Assembly: GCF_021404545.1 (NCBI RefSeq)
Contig: NZ_JAAWWD010000008.1
Location: 11,109 to 75,108 of the forward strand
Source: Aestuariivita sp.
Lineage (GTDB): Bacteria; Pseudomonadota; Alphaproteobacteria; Rhodobacterales; Rhodobacteraceae
Direction of reading: 5' to 3'
Length of the DNA: 64,000 nt
Shown: positions 16,631 to 27,322 of the stretch, one piece after another
Numbering within the stretch: position 1 is the stretch's first letter
How the letters are laid out: every line of letters starts with the position of its first letter
Translations under genes and position numbers: made by a program
The notes under the pieces: generated by a model
Told to the model about the DNA's origin: nothing
Database searches by the model: none
What the model saw: the letters and a program-made list of their open reading frames with translations, nothing else

Positions 16631-17590
16631 ATGCAGCGATTCAAAAAGATTCTGGTTGTGGTGGATGAGGCCAGCGTATCGGACGCGGTGTTCGAGCGCG
16701 CGACCTGGCTGGCTCAGGCCAACGCGGCCGAGCTGACGCTGGTCGACATCATCGACGGAGAACCCGGTGAGCTTTCGCGGCTTTTCGCGGCGTTGCCGGG
16801 GCGGCGCGCCACGGAAGTCGAAGAGCAGGTGATCGCGTTTCACCGCACGCGTGTTGAGGATCTCGCACAGCCCTTGAGGGAAAAGGGCATCGCCGTCGAG
16901 ACGGAGGTTCTGAACGGAGCCAGCTTCATCCAGATCATCCGCCGGGTCTTGCGTCATGGTCATGACCTGGTGCTCAAGGGCGCCCATCGCGGGCCCGACC
17001 GCCCGTTCCTGCGCGCTCCGGATCTGCATTTGTTGCGCAAGGCGCCCTGTCCGGTCTGGATCCTGAATGGCGAGACGCGCGCAAAATCGGAGCGTATCAT
17101 GGCCGCGGTCGATCCTGACCCCGAGGATACCGTACGCGATGCGCTCAACCGGATGGTCATGGAACTGGCGACATCGCTGGCGCAGCAGGACGCAGCCAAG
17201 CTGGATGTGATGAATGCCTGGCATGTGCAGGAGGAATCGACCCTGCGGCACGGGCTGGTGAAAATGCCCGAAGACGAGATTCAGGCCATCCTCAGCAATG
17301 AAGAGCGCAAGAGCACCCAGCGCCTTGATCAACTGATGAGCGGCTTCATCGAATTCTCCGATCTGATGCGCGTTTTGCACATAAAAGGCATTGCCGCCGA
17401 CGTGATCCCGGAACATGTAGACAGCGAAGGGATCGATACGCTGGTAATGGGCACGCTGGGCCGTACCGGAATTTCCGGTTTTTTCATCGGTAACACGGCC
17501 GAGACCATTCTGAACCGGGTCAGCTGCTCGGTTCTGGCGATCAAACCGATGGGCTTTGTCTCGCCGGTGCGGCTGGAAGACGAGGACTGA
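16631..17590 (+). CDS. Tandem-domain universal stress protein
   Basis: Two USP domains: KKILVVVD..., DLVLKG, LHLLRKAPCPVW, LVMGTLGRTGISGFFIGNTAETIL. Confidence 0.9.
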   Translation: MQRFKKILVVVDEASVSDAVFERATWLAQANAAELTLVDIIDGEPGELSRLFAALPGRRATEVEEQVIAFHRTRVEDLAQPLREKGIAVETEVLNGASFIQIIRRVLRHGHDLVLKGAHRGPDRPFLRAPDLHLLRKAPCPVWILNGETRAKSERIMAAVDPDPEDTVRDALNRMVMELATSLAQQDAAKLDVMNAWHVQEESTLRHGLVKMPEDEIQAILSNEERKSTQRLDQLMSGFIEFSDLMRVLHIKGIAADVIPEHVDSEGIDTLVMGTLGRTGISGFFIGNTAETILNRVSCSVLAIKPMGFVSPVRLEDED

Positions 17591-17595
17591 ACACA

Positions 17596-19872
17596 TTGAG
17601 CACATCCGCTGATCCGACTGGCGTGCCGCGCGGCAACGGCCTATCCGGGCTGTTGTGCACCGGTTTGTCCGCGCTGTTGTTCGTCTGGTTTCTCACCCTT
17701 GCCCCCCAGATCGCCGACGGGGCAAGCCTGCGCTATGTAATCGAATGGGTTCCCAGCCTTGGCATTTCGCTGTCGTTTCTGCTCGACGGGCTGTCTTTGA
17801 CCTTTGCCTTGCTGATTTCGGGCATTGGCGCGTTGGTGTTTCTCTATTCCAACACATATCTGGCGGGACATCCGCAATTTGACCGGTTCATGCTGTTCCT
17901 GTTCAGCTTCATGCTGTCGATGCTGGGCCTGGTTCTGGCCGACAACCTGATCGCGCTGTTTGTGTTTTGGGAGCTGACGACGATCACCTCCTATCTGCTG
18001 ATCGGGTTCGGACACGAGACGGCCAAGGGACGCCGGTCCGCGCTTCAGGCGCTCTTTGTGACCGGGGCAGGGGCGCTTGCCCTTTTGGCCGGGTTCATCC
18101 TGTTGGGCATGACGATGGGCACGTTCGAGCTGTCGGAGATCCTGGCCCGCGGCGATGAACTGAAGGCGCATGCCTATTACATACCGATCCTGCTTCTGAT
18201 CCTGGCGGGCACCTTTACCAAATCGGCGCAGTTCCCGTTCCATTTCTGGCTGCCCAATGCGATGGCCGCCCCGACGCCGGTATCGGCCTTCTTGCATTCG
18301 GCCACCATGGTCAAGGCGGGCGTCTATCTGATGGCCCGGCTGCACCCGGGCATGTCGGGCACCGATATGTGGATGTGGACGCTGACGATCTTCGGTGCGG
18401 TCACGGCCGTTGCGGCCAGCATATTCGCGCTGCGCCAAACCGACTTGAAACAGGCATTGGCCTATACCACGCTGATGGCGCTGGGCACGCTGATGCTGTT
18501 CCTGGGCCAGCAGTCAAGCTATGCCATTACCGCGTTTGCCACCTTTCTGATCGTGCATTCGCTTTACAAGGCGGCCCTCTTTCTTGTGGTGGGCTGTATT
18601 GATCATGCCACCGGCACACGTGAGGCCGACGTGCTGGGCGGTCTGGGCCGTGTCATGCCGTTTACCGCGATTGCTGCGGCCCTGGCGGCGCTGTCCATGG
18701 CGGGCTTTCCACCGTTTCTGGGCTTTATCGGCAAGGAGTTGAAATACGCCGGTGCTCTGGGTGTCGCGTCCGAACCCCTGTTCGTGGTCGGTGCGGTGCT
18801 ATTGGCCAACGCGCTGATGTTTGCCGTGGCAGGGGTCGTGGCGTTCCGTCCGTTCTGGCGCAAGGCGGGTGGCGCGCTGCCCAAGACCCCGCATGAGGCG
18901 CCCTGGCCAATGCTCGCGGGTCCGGTGATCCTGGCGGTGCTGGGCACGGTTTTCGGGATCTATCCCGATCTTCTGGAGCGGTCGCTGGTGGCGCCCACGG
19001 TGGCCAGCCTGCTGGGCGAAATCGAAGATGCGAAAGAGCTCAAGCTCTGGGCCGGGGTGAACATGCCGCTGCTGTTGTCGATCGTGACGGTGGTCTCGGG
19101 CGCGATCATTTACGCGGTGCATCGGCAGGCGCGGACCATGCTGGAGCGGATGGATGCGGCCACGCCGTCCTTTGACGCGGGCTGGGATCGGTTTTTGGAT
19201 GGCTTCAAAGCGCTGGCCGCCTGGCAGACCGGCGTGATCCAGTCCGGTGTGCTGCGCAAATACATGTTCGTGACCTTCGTGACCGTGCTGGTGGGTATGG
19301 GTGGCACCATGATGGCGCGCGGCCTGGGCCTGACGGTGCCCGACTTTTCGGATGCCACAGGGCAGAGCGTGGCGCTGGTGTTGATGATCCTGGGCGGCGC
19401 GCTGCTGGCGACGCTGACCTCCTCGCGCATCGCGGCGATGGCGGCGCTGGGCGTTGTGGGGATCGCGGTCGCGATGGTCTTTATCGTCTTTTCGGCACCG
19501 GATGTCGCCATTACCCAGCTCTTGGTCGAGACGCTGGTTGTCGTTCTTGTCGCGGTGGCCCTGCTGCGCCTGCCGACACTCGATTCCGGCGGGCGCCACT
19601 GGCGGCCCTGGGATGCGCTTTTGGCATTGGGCGTCGGTACGGTGGTGACCTTGACCTTGCTGGCCGTTTTGGCAACCCCGCTGGATCGGCGCCTGACCGA
19701 CTATTTCGAGATCACCAGCTGGCCCGAGGCCTTCGGGCGCAACATCGTCAACGTGATCCTGGTGGATTTCCGCGCGCTCGACACATTTGGCGAGATCGCC
19801 GTGGTGGTGATCGCGGCGCTGTCGGCCTATGCGCTGTTGCGCACAACAACGACAAAGGGGCAGGGCAAATGA
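17596..19872 (+). CDS. mrpA: Mrp Na+/H+ antiporter subunit A
   Basis: [59 protein letters not shown]. Confidence 0.93.
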   Translation: MSTSADPTGVPRGNGLSGLLCTGLSALLFVWFLTLAPQIADGASLRYVIEWVPSLGISLSFLLDGLSLTFALLISGIGALVFLYSNTYLAGHPQFDRFMLFLFSFMLSMLGLVLADNLIALFVFWELTTITSYLLIGFGHETAKGRRSALQALFVTGAGALALLAGFILLGMTMGTFELSEILARGDELKAHAYYIPILLLILAGTFTKSAQFPFHFWLPNAMAAPTPVSAFLHSATMVKAGVYLMARLHPGMSGTDMWMWTLTIFGAVTAVAASIFALRQTDLKQALAYTTLMALGTLMLFLGQQSSYAITAFATFLIVHSLYKAALFLVVGCIDHATGTREADVLGGLGRVMPFTAIAAALAALSMAGFPPFLGFIGKELKYAGALGVASEPLFVVGAVLLANALMFAVAGVVAFRPFWRKAGGALPKTPHEAPWPMLAGPVILAVLGTVFGIYPDLLERSLVAPTVASLLGEIEDAKELKLWAGVNMPLLLSIVTVVSGAIIYAVHRQARTMLERMDAATPSFDAGWDRFLDGFKALAAWQTGVIQSGVLRKYMFVTFVTVLVGMGGTMMARGLGLTVPDFSDATGQSVALVLMILGGALLATLTSSRIAAMAALGVVGIAVAMVFIVFSAPDVAITQLLVETLVVVLVAVALLRLPTLDSGGRHWRPWDALLALGVGTVVTLTLLAVLATPLDRRLTDYFEITSWPEAFGRNIVNVILVDFRALDTFGEIAVVVIAALSAYALLRTTTTKGQGK

Positions 19873-20288
19873 ACTCGGTCATCCTGCGGGCGGGCACCCG
19901 GTACCTGACGGGTCTTCTGCTGATCTTTTCGGTCTATATGCTGCTGCGTGGTCATAACGAGCCGGGCGGTGGGTTTATCGGCGGTCTCATCGGATCGACA
20001 GGGTTCGTTTTGTTTGCGGTGGCCTGCGGCACCGCCGATGCGCGGCGCGCCTTGCGGGTGGATCCGCAAAGCATCGCGATGGTGGGGCTCGGACTTGCTT
20101 TGTTGTCGGGTCTTTTCGCGGCCTTTTTCGGCGATGATCTCTTTACTGGCCAATGGCTGTTTCTGGGTGCGACCGAGACCGAAAAGGGCTTGCCGATCTC
20201 AACCGTGCTGGCCTTTGACATTGGGGTCTACCTGGTGGTTTTCGGATCTGTTCTGACCCTCGTCTTTGCGATGGAAGAGGAGATCTGA
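19869..20288 (+). CDS. mrpB: Mrp subunit B
   Basis: [25 protein letters not shown]. Confidence 0.92.
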   Translation: MNSVILRAGTRYLTGLLLIFSVYMLLRGHNEPGGGFIGGLIGSTGFVLFAVACGTADARRALRVDPQSIAMVGLGLALLSGLFAAFFGDDLFTGQWLFLGATETEKGLPISTVLAFDIGVYLVVFGSVLTLVFAMEEEI

Positions 20289-20292
20289 GGCT

Positions 20293-20658
20293 ATGGAAGC
20301 CCTTCTTGCCATCGCTATCGGCGTGCTTGTTGCCGCGTCGGTCTATCTGATGCTGGCGCGCAATGTGCTGCGGTTTATCTTTGGTCTCGTGCTGATCTCG
20401 AACGCGGCGAACCTGACGATCTTTGTTGCGGGCCGTCTGACCACAGGTGCGCCGCCGTTGATCGCCGAAGGGGCCGAGGCGCCCGCAGGTCTTGTGGCCA
20501 ACGCGCTGCCGCAGGCCCTGGTTCTGACGGCCATTGTGATCGGCTTTGGCCTTTTTGCCTTTGCGCTGGTCTTGATGTTTCGGGCCTATACCACGCTGGG
20601 CACGCTTTATTCCGACGAGATGCGCGTCGCCGAACCGCGCCCGGAGGATGAGCGATGA
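20293..20658 (+). CDS. mrpC: Mrp subunit C
   Basis: LISNAANL, LPQALVLTAIVIGF. Confidence 0.92.
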   Translation: MEALLAIAIGVLVAASVYLMLARNVLRFIFGLVLISNAANLTIFVAGRLTTGAPPLIAEGAEAPAGLVANALPQALVLTAIVIGFGLFAFALVLMFRAYTTLGTLYSDEMRVAEPRPEDER

Positions 20659-22154
20659 GCTGGTATCTCGCCGCACCTCTGGCGCTTCCGTTCTTGACGG
20701 CGGTGGTGGCCTTCCTGCTGCGCAATTCCGGCGCGGGGCGCTGGGTCAGCCTTTTGGGCAATGTCGCCCTTTTGATCCTTGCCGCCCTTTTGATGGGGCA
20801 GGTTCTGGACCAAGGCGTGATCGCCGGGCAGATGGGCGGCTGGCAGGGGCCGTTCGGGATCACCCTTGTGGCCGATTACCTGGGCGGGGTGATGGTCGTC
20901 ATCACCGCGATTACCGCGCTTGCGGTTTCGATCTATGCGCTGGGTGATATTGACGAACGCAAGGAACATCTGGGCTATCATGCGCTCTTTAATGTGCTGA
21001 TCGGCGGGGTCACCGGCGCGTTTCTGACCGGAGACCTTTTCAACCTCTATGTCTGGTTCGAGGTGATGCTGATTTCCTCCTTTGGCCTTTTGGTCCTGGG
21101 CGGCAGCAAGGAGCAGATCGACGGCGGTGTGAAATACGTCACGCTCAACCTCGTCTCGACGATCCTGTTTCTGGCGGGCATCGGGCTGGTCTATGGGATG
21201 ACCGGGACGCTGAACATGGCCGATCTGGCGCGCACCATGCCCGAGGTCGAGAACCAGGGGCTGGTGACGGTCGTGGCGGTGATGTTCATGATCGCCTTTG
21301 GGGTGAAGGCTGCGGTGTTTCCGTTGTTCTTCTGGCTGCCCGCGTCCTATCACACGCCCGCGTTTTCGGTTTCGGCGGTGTTTGCTGGACTTTTGACCAA
21401 GGTTGGGGTCTATGCCCTGATCCGCATGTTCACGCTGGTCTTTGACGGGGATGTGGCCTTTACCCACACAATCTTGCTGTGGGTGGCGGGGTTTACCATG
21501 GTGACCGGGGTTCTGGGGGCCGCGGCACAAAACGACATCCGCAAGATCCTGTCGTTCCACATCGTCAGCCAGATCGGGTACATGATCCTGGGTCTGGCCC
21601 TGCTGACCCCCTTGGCGGTCGCGGGTGCGGTGTTCTATCTGGTCCACCATATCATAGTGAAGGCCAACCTCTTCCTGATCGGCGGGGTGGTCGAACGTGC
21701 GGCGGGATCGACCGACCTCAAGAAGATTGGCGGGCTTTACAAATCCGCGCCTCTCTTGGCGGTGCTGTTCCTGATCCCGGCCTTTTCGCTCGCTGGCTTT
21801 CCGCCGCTCTCAGGCTTCTGGGCGAAATACATCCTGGTCGCCGCCTCGCTGGAGATCGAGGCCTGGGTCATCGCCGGCGTTGCCTTGCTGGTCGGTTTGT
21901 TGACCATCTACTCGATGACCAAGATCTGGGCCGAAGCCTTCTGGAAGGCCCATCCCGAGGGCCTTCAGCCAGAGCTGTCGCGCATCGAGCCGCGTGTGCG
22001 TCGCGCCATGCTGCTGCCCATCGCGGGGCTGGCGGCGCTGACCTTGGTGATCGGGTTCTTCCCCGAACCGTTTGTGGTCTTTGCTGAAACGGCTGCCCTG
22101 CAACTTCTCGATCCAACGGCCTATATTATGACCGTGTTGGGAGAGGGCGCATGA
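20655..22154 (+). CDS. mrpD: Mrp subunit D
   Basis: TGDLFNLYVWFEVML, KAAVFPLFFWLPASY, GFPPLSGFWAK. Confidence 0.93.
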   Translation: MSWYLAAPLALPFLTAVVAFLLRNSGAGRWVSLLGNVALLILAALLMGQVLDQGVIAGQMGGWQGPFGITLVADYLGGVMVVITAITALAVSIYALGDIDERKEHLGYHALFNVLIGGVTGAFLTGDLFNLYVWFEVMLISSFGLLVLGGSKEQIDGGVKYVTLNLVSTILFLAGIGLVYGMTGTLNMADLARTMPEVENQGLVTVVAVMFMIAFGVKAAVFPLFFWLPASYHTPAFSVSAVFAGLLTKVGVYALIRMFTLVFDGDVAFTHTILLWVAGFTMVTGVLGAAAQNDIRKILSFHIVSQIGYMILGLALLTPLAVAGAVFYLVHHIIVKANLFLIGGVVERAAGSTDLKKIGGLYKSAPLLAVLFLIPAFSLAGFPPLSGFWAKYILVAASLEIEAWVIAGVALLVGLLTIYSMTKIWAEAFWKAHPEGLQPELSRIEPRVRRAMLLPIAGLAALTLVIGFFPEPFVVFAETAALQLLDPTAYIMTVLGEGA

Positions 22155-22633
22155 ACAATCTGGTCGTCAATCTGCTCTTTGCGCTGGTCTGGGCGTTCTT
22201 CTTTGGGGACTTCTCGCTGCTGACGCTTAGCTCTGGCCTGGTGCTCGGCTATGGAGTGCTGTGGCTGCTGCAACCTTTGACCGGGGGTCCATCGGGCTAT
22301 TTCCTGCGGGTGTGGTACTGGTTCAAGCTGATCGTGATGTTCCATTACGAGCTTGTGGTCTCCAGCCTTGAGGTTTTGTGGGATATCCTGACCCCCACCC
22401 ATCGGGCGCGGCCCGCGATCATTGAAATGCCGCTGGATGTCAAAAGCGATGCGGGCATCCTGCTGGTGACCAACCTGATCTCGTTGACGCCGGGGACCTT
22501 GTCACTGGATGTGTCTGCAGATCGCAAGACACTGAGTCTTCATGCGATGTTTGCCGATGACCCGGACGCGGTGTGTCGGCAGCTCAAGCAGGGCATGGAA
22601 AAATGGGTGATTGACGCGGTGGAGAGATCATGA
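22151..22633 (+). CDS. mrpE: Mrp subunit E
   Basis: NLISLTPGTLSLDVS. Confidence 0.9.
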   Translation: MNNLVVNLLFALVWAFFFGDFSLLTLSSGLVLGYGVLWLLQPLTGGPSGYFLRVWYWFKLIVMFHYELVVSSLEVLWDILTPTHRARPAIIEMPLDVKSDAGILLVTNLISLTPGTLSLDVSADRKTLSLHAMFADDPDAVCRQLKQGMEKWVIDAVERS

Positions 22634-22935
22634 ACGCCGAGTGGCTTTTGCAAACCAGTGTCAGCTTCGGATTTGTCATGGTCTTTGCGACCGTGTTCCT
22701 GGCGTTCTGGCGGCTGATGCGTGGACCCAGCCTGCCGGACCGGGTCGTGGCGCTGGATATGATGACCGTGGCGATTGTCGCCTTTTGCGGTCTTGCTGCG
22801 GTGCGGTCGGGCGATTCCGCGTTTCTGGATGTCGCGCTTGCGCTTGCGTTGGTGGGCTTTCTGGCCACGGTCGCGCTGGCCCGGTTCGCGGAACGGCAGG
22901 TTCTGCGCAAGGAACAGCAGGAGGACGAGACATGA
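22630..22935 (+). CDS. mrpF: Mrp subunit F
   Basis: RGPSLPDRVVALD. Confidence 0.9.
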   Translation: MNAEWLLQTSVSFGFVMVFATVFLAFWRLMRGPSLPDRVVALDMMTVAIVAFCGLAAVRSGDSAFLDVALALALVGFLATVALARFAERQVLRKEQQEDET

Positions 22936-23267
22936 GCACCGTCATCGCGGCCATCTTCCTGTTTCTGGGCGGCGCCTTTACCCTGGTAGCCGGGATCGGG
23001 ATTTTTCGAATGCCGGATGTGTTTATCCGCATGCATGCCTCGACCAAGGTCGGCACGCTGGGCTCGGGGCTCATTCTGGGGGGGGTCGCGATCCATTTCT
23101 GGGAGCCGCAGGTGGTCTTCAAAGTGGTGCTGGTGGTCCTGTTTCTGGTGCTGACGGCACCGATCGGCGCGCATATGATCGGCCGCGCGGCGTTGCGGAT
23201 CGGGATCAAACCCTGGGGTCTGAAATCCGACGAGCTCTCCTCTGAACCCGGCGACAAGTCGCCATAG
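22932..23267 (+). CDS. mrpG: Mrp subunit G
   Basis: RMPDVFIRMHASTKVGTLG, LTAPIGAHMIGRAA. Confidence 0.9.
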   Translation: MSTVIAAIFLFLGGAFTLVAGIGIFRMPDVFIRMHASTKVGTLGSGLILGGVAIHFWEPQVVFKVVLVVLFLVLTAPIGAHMIGRAALRIGIKPWGLKSDELSSEPGDKSP

Positions 23268-23989
23268 GCCGATTTTTGCCCTATTTCGATGCAGCAGGCA
23301 TTGGCAGGGCGTTCGTCAACGGAATAAGGCTTCTTGGTGTCATCATCGGGTTTCGAATCACCGGTGACGGGGTTTTCTGTGCATAGTTGAGCGAAGAGCC
23401 GCTCATTGGTTCCAAAAGTTGAACGACCCTAATGGCCGACCCTCCTTCGCACCGCCACATTTCGGACGTGGTTAAGGTCGGCACCTATTGTTTCTGTTTT
23501 TTGAACGTAACCCGCCTATTTCCGCGTATTCACACTGCATCATGCAGTTTTTTTGTAAAATTAGCCCTGATTTGGAAACAAATGCGCCAAGAGTCAGTGC
23601 CGATTTCGCCTTAATCTGACCTCGATCAGCCACATTTGCCCATCTTGGGTGCGGATTTCGTCACATTTTGCTTTGTCTGCCGCAATCTCGCCGGTATCTC
23701 TATCCCTGCCCACTGGGGGGCGATGTCTGTTGGTCACGGGGGCGACCACGCAGAGCTTGCATCTTGAGATGCGAGAGAGATGTGTTCGCAAGCTGTCGCA
23801 CGATACCGCGCACAGCAGGAAGGCACCGACCAAGGCGGTAACGTCTTGGACGCTGTTGGCTGCATCCTTTCCATTCTCAAGCGTCTGCGAAGGTGTGTTT
23901 GACCTTCGCTGCGGCGGCCGAGCTTTGTGGTTGTGAAATATTTGGTCCGCCCGGGGCGGTTGGCAACAGTGAGTGCCACTAAGGAGAGT

Positions 23990-26598
23990 ATGATGACTAA
24001 CACTTTTGACAATCCCCATGCGGCAAACCTGGTTGGTTTGTGGGATTTCCTGGCAGGTGGCGAATCCGACGACACCGGCCTGGACGATGGTTTCGCACAA
24101 AATGGCGCGTTTGTTGGCGGGGCAACAGCCTCGGGTGGTCAACTGCAACTGAACGGCGACCCGGACCGGTTCGACGTGGGCGGCAATGACGACCCCTTCG
24201 ATCTGGCCGAAGGCACGCTCATCACGGAATTCACGCAGGAAGATAACTCACGCGGGATCTTTCAGGCGGTCGTGAACCGGGGGGAATTCTTTGACAGCGC
24301 CTCCGAAGGGTTCTTTGAGATCCAGGTGGGACAGGACGGCGCGGTGCAGGTCATGCACGTCTCCAATGGTGTGACCATTGTGGAAAGCACCGGCGCGGGC
24401 TTTGCCCCTGTCGGCGACACCATCCGCGCCACCTATGAGTGGTCCGAAACCGAGGGCGGCCGTTTCCTGGTCGAGAATCTGACAGCCAGCACCTCCTTTG
24501 AGGTCGACACACCGGCGGGGGTGAATTTCGACATCGGCGACAATGACGGCACCAGCTTTATCTTCGGTGTGCGCGAGAACGTGGATGAGATCCAGGAATT
24601 CAACGTCATCAGCATTTCGACGGCTCGATCGATTATGTCGCCGTCTATGACGGCAAAATCGGCGTTCCCCCGACAACCTCGGATGGTGTGATCACCAACG
24701 ATGACGATGGCGATCTGATCGACACCTCCTATACCGGCGATCCGGATGGGGACGTCGTGGATGGCGGCGACTCGATCTTTCCGCCGGTTGGGTCCGACGA
24801 TGACATCATCGATGCGAACGGTGGCGACGACACAATCGAAGCCGGGGAAGGCAGCGATTCTGTCGATGGCGGTGCCGGTGACGATCTGATCAATACCGAC
24901 GGCGCGGGGACACCGGCGCTTCCCGATGACGGCATTCCGCCCTTCAACGGTCAGCCCGGCGTGGCGGCCGACCCTGATCCAAGTGACGATCTGGACACCG
25001 TGAATGGCGGCGCGGGCGACGACACAATCAGCACTGGCGACGACAATGACGTTGTCCAGGGCGGTCAGGGCGATGATGTCATCGACGGCGGACTGGATGA
25101 CGACGAACTGCGCGGCGGCGCCGATGACGACGATCTGACCGGCGGTCAGGGCGACGACACGCTTGTTGGCGGCAGCGGTGACGACACAATCGATGGCGGT
25201 GACGGCAGCGATTCGGTCTTTGGCGGCGAAGGCGACGATCTGATCGAGACCGGCGGCGGCACGCTGAACGGTCTGCCCGATCTGGGCTTTCCCTCCTATA
25301 ACGGCCTGCCCGAAGTGCCCGCGGATTCGATCCCGGACAACGATCTCGACACTGTGTTCGGTGGTGCGGGCGACGACACGATCAGCACCGGCGACGATGC
25401 GGATCTGATCTCCGGCGATGAGGGTAATGACGTTATCGACGGCGGCCTCGATGCCGATACGATCGATGGCGGCGTGGGTGATGACAACATCATCGGTGGC
25501 GAAGGCTCGGATTCGATCCTGGGTGGCGATGGCGCCGACACCATTTACGGCGGTCTGGGCCCGAGCTTTCCCGATGCCACGAACATCCCCGACGATTTGC
25601 CGGGTGCTCTGGCCGATCCGCGTCCCGATAACGGGCAGGATGTCATCGACGGCGGTGCCGGAGACGATCTGATCTTCGGTGAAGATGACGACGACACCAT
25701 CGAAGGTGGGGCCGGGAATGACACCATTGACGGTGGCATTGACGAAGACGACATGTCCGGTGGCGATGATCGCGATACATTCGTCAACATCAACGGCGGC
25801 GACCGTGTGGATGGCGGTGAAGGCTTCACCGCAGCGCCCGAAGACGACTTTGACACGCTGGATCTGCGTGGGTCTGTCGACAATACGGTTCCGGGCGGGC
25901 GTCTTCAGGTGACCCTGGACGGTGGCAACCCCGAGAACGGTGTCGTCACCTATTTCGACGCCGATGACAACGTGACCGACACGGTCGAGTTCTTCAATAT
26001 CGAGCGGGTCATTCCCTGTTTCACACCGGGCACCATGATCGCCACCCCGCGCGGCGAGCGTGCGGTGGAAACGCTGGAGGTCGGCGACCGGATCATCACC
26101 CGGGATAACGGCATTCAGGAAATCCGCTGGTTGGGAACACGCAACCTGGACCGTCACGAGATGATGCAGGCCACGCATATGCAGCCCGTGTTGATCCGTG
26201 AAGGCGCTCTGGGCAAGGGTCTGCCCGAGCGTGACATGATGGTCAGCCCGAACCACCGGGTTCTGGTCGCAAACGACAAGACCTCGCTTTACTTTGACGA
26301 AAGCGAAGTGCTGGTCGCGGCCAAGCATCTGACCGGTCTGGATGGCGTGGATTTCGTCGAAGTGTCCTCGGTGACCTACATCCACTTTATGTTCGACCAG
26401 CATGAGGTGGTCCTGTCGGACGGCACATGGACCGAAAGCTTCCAGCCGGGCGATCAGACCCTCGCCGGGATCGGTAACGCCCAGCGTCAGGAGATCTTTG
26501 AGCTCTTTCCCGAGCTGAACACTCCCGAAGGGGTCGAGGCCTACCAGGCCGCGCGCCGGTCGCTGAAAAAGCACGAGGCCTTCCTCGTCGTGAATTAA
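23990..26598 (+). pseudogene. LamG-like + RTX Ca-binding repeats + C-terminal Hint domain protein, split by a 1-bp frameshift near 24600
   Basis: AAGGAG RBS at 23981; frame 1 to ...EIQEFN continues in the shifted frame as RHQHFDGSIDYVAVYD into ORF 24688-26598; GGxGxD nonamers; Hint CFTPGT at 26017 and HEVVLSDGTWTES. Confidence 0.85.
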
Positions 26599-26644
26599 GG
26601 TTGCAGCCTCCGCGCGAAGGGGGGGCTGTTCGTTGCGGAAAACG

Positions 26645-26675
26645 AAAAGCGGGGCAGGTGACTGCCCCGTTTTTT
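26645..26675. terminator. Bidirectional rho-independent terminator
   Basis: AAAAG-CGGGGCAG-gtga-CTGCCCCG-TTTTTT between convergent genes. Confidence 0.85.
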
Positions 26676-26684
26676 CCGTTCGGG

Positions 26685-27290
26685 TCAGGACCGTTCCGGG
26701 TTTTCGGTGCGCCAGCGGTCCCAGTCCCGGGGCGTGTCAAGATCGGCGCGCGCGCGGGTGCCGGGCAGGGCTATCAGGGTGATCCGGCCCTGCGCGGCCG
26801 CGACAACGCTCTGCCCGCCGCTATCTCCGGTCAGCTCTGCAAACCTTGGAAAGAGCGTGTTGCGAAAGACCACAGGATGACCTGGTTTGCCATCCTGGGT
26901 CATACCTCGCCAAATCAGCGTTTCAGACGTGAGATCAACCGCTTCAAGAACGGTGTTCAGGTCCTCTTCAGTGACATCCGGCAAATCGCCCAGCAACAGC
27001 ATCGCTGCGCTCGCCGTGTCTGGCAGCGCTGCAAATGCGGCCCTCAACGAAGCATTCATACCCTCGCTCGCATCCGTGACTTCGATACGTGTCACATCCG
27101 CATCCTCAAGCACCGCATAGCGCGGGTGCGGTCGCGGCGGCAGCGCCACGAGCACCTCATCCGCAACCGCACGCGCCATGTCGACCTGTCGGCGTACGAG
27201 CGGTCGCCCGTCCACCTGTTGCAAAAGCTTGTCGATGCCGCCCATGCGCGATGACGCGCCAGCAGCCAGAACGATGACGGGGCAGTTCAT
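26685..27290 (-). CDS. MocA/MobA-like nucleotidyltransferase
   Basis: VIVLAAGASSRMGGIDKLL, LLGDLP, GHPV, GDSGG, DLDTP motifs. Confidence 0.88.
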   Translation of the reverse strand: MNCPVIVLAAGASSRMGGIDKLLQQVDGRPLVRRQVDMARAVADEVLVALPPRPHPRYAVLEDADVTRIEVTDASEGMNASLRAAFAALPDTASAAMLLLGDLPDVTEEDLNTVLEAVDLTSETLIWRGMTQDGKPGHPVVFRNTLFPRFAELTGDSGGQSVVAAAQGRITLIALPGTRARADLDTPRDWDRWRTENPERS

Positions 27291-27322
27291 GCCTGCGATG
27301 CTAACCCAGATCGCGCTACAGT

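Noticed and set aside
24433-26574. 713-aa minus-strand ORF
   Set aside because: Antisense shadow of the GGxGxD-rich Hint gene
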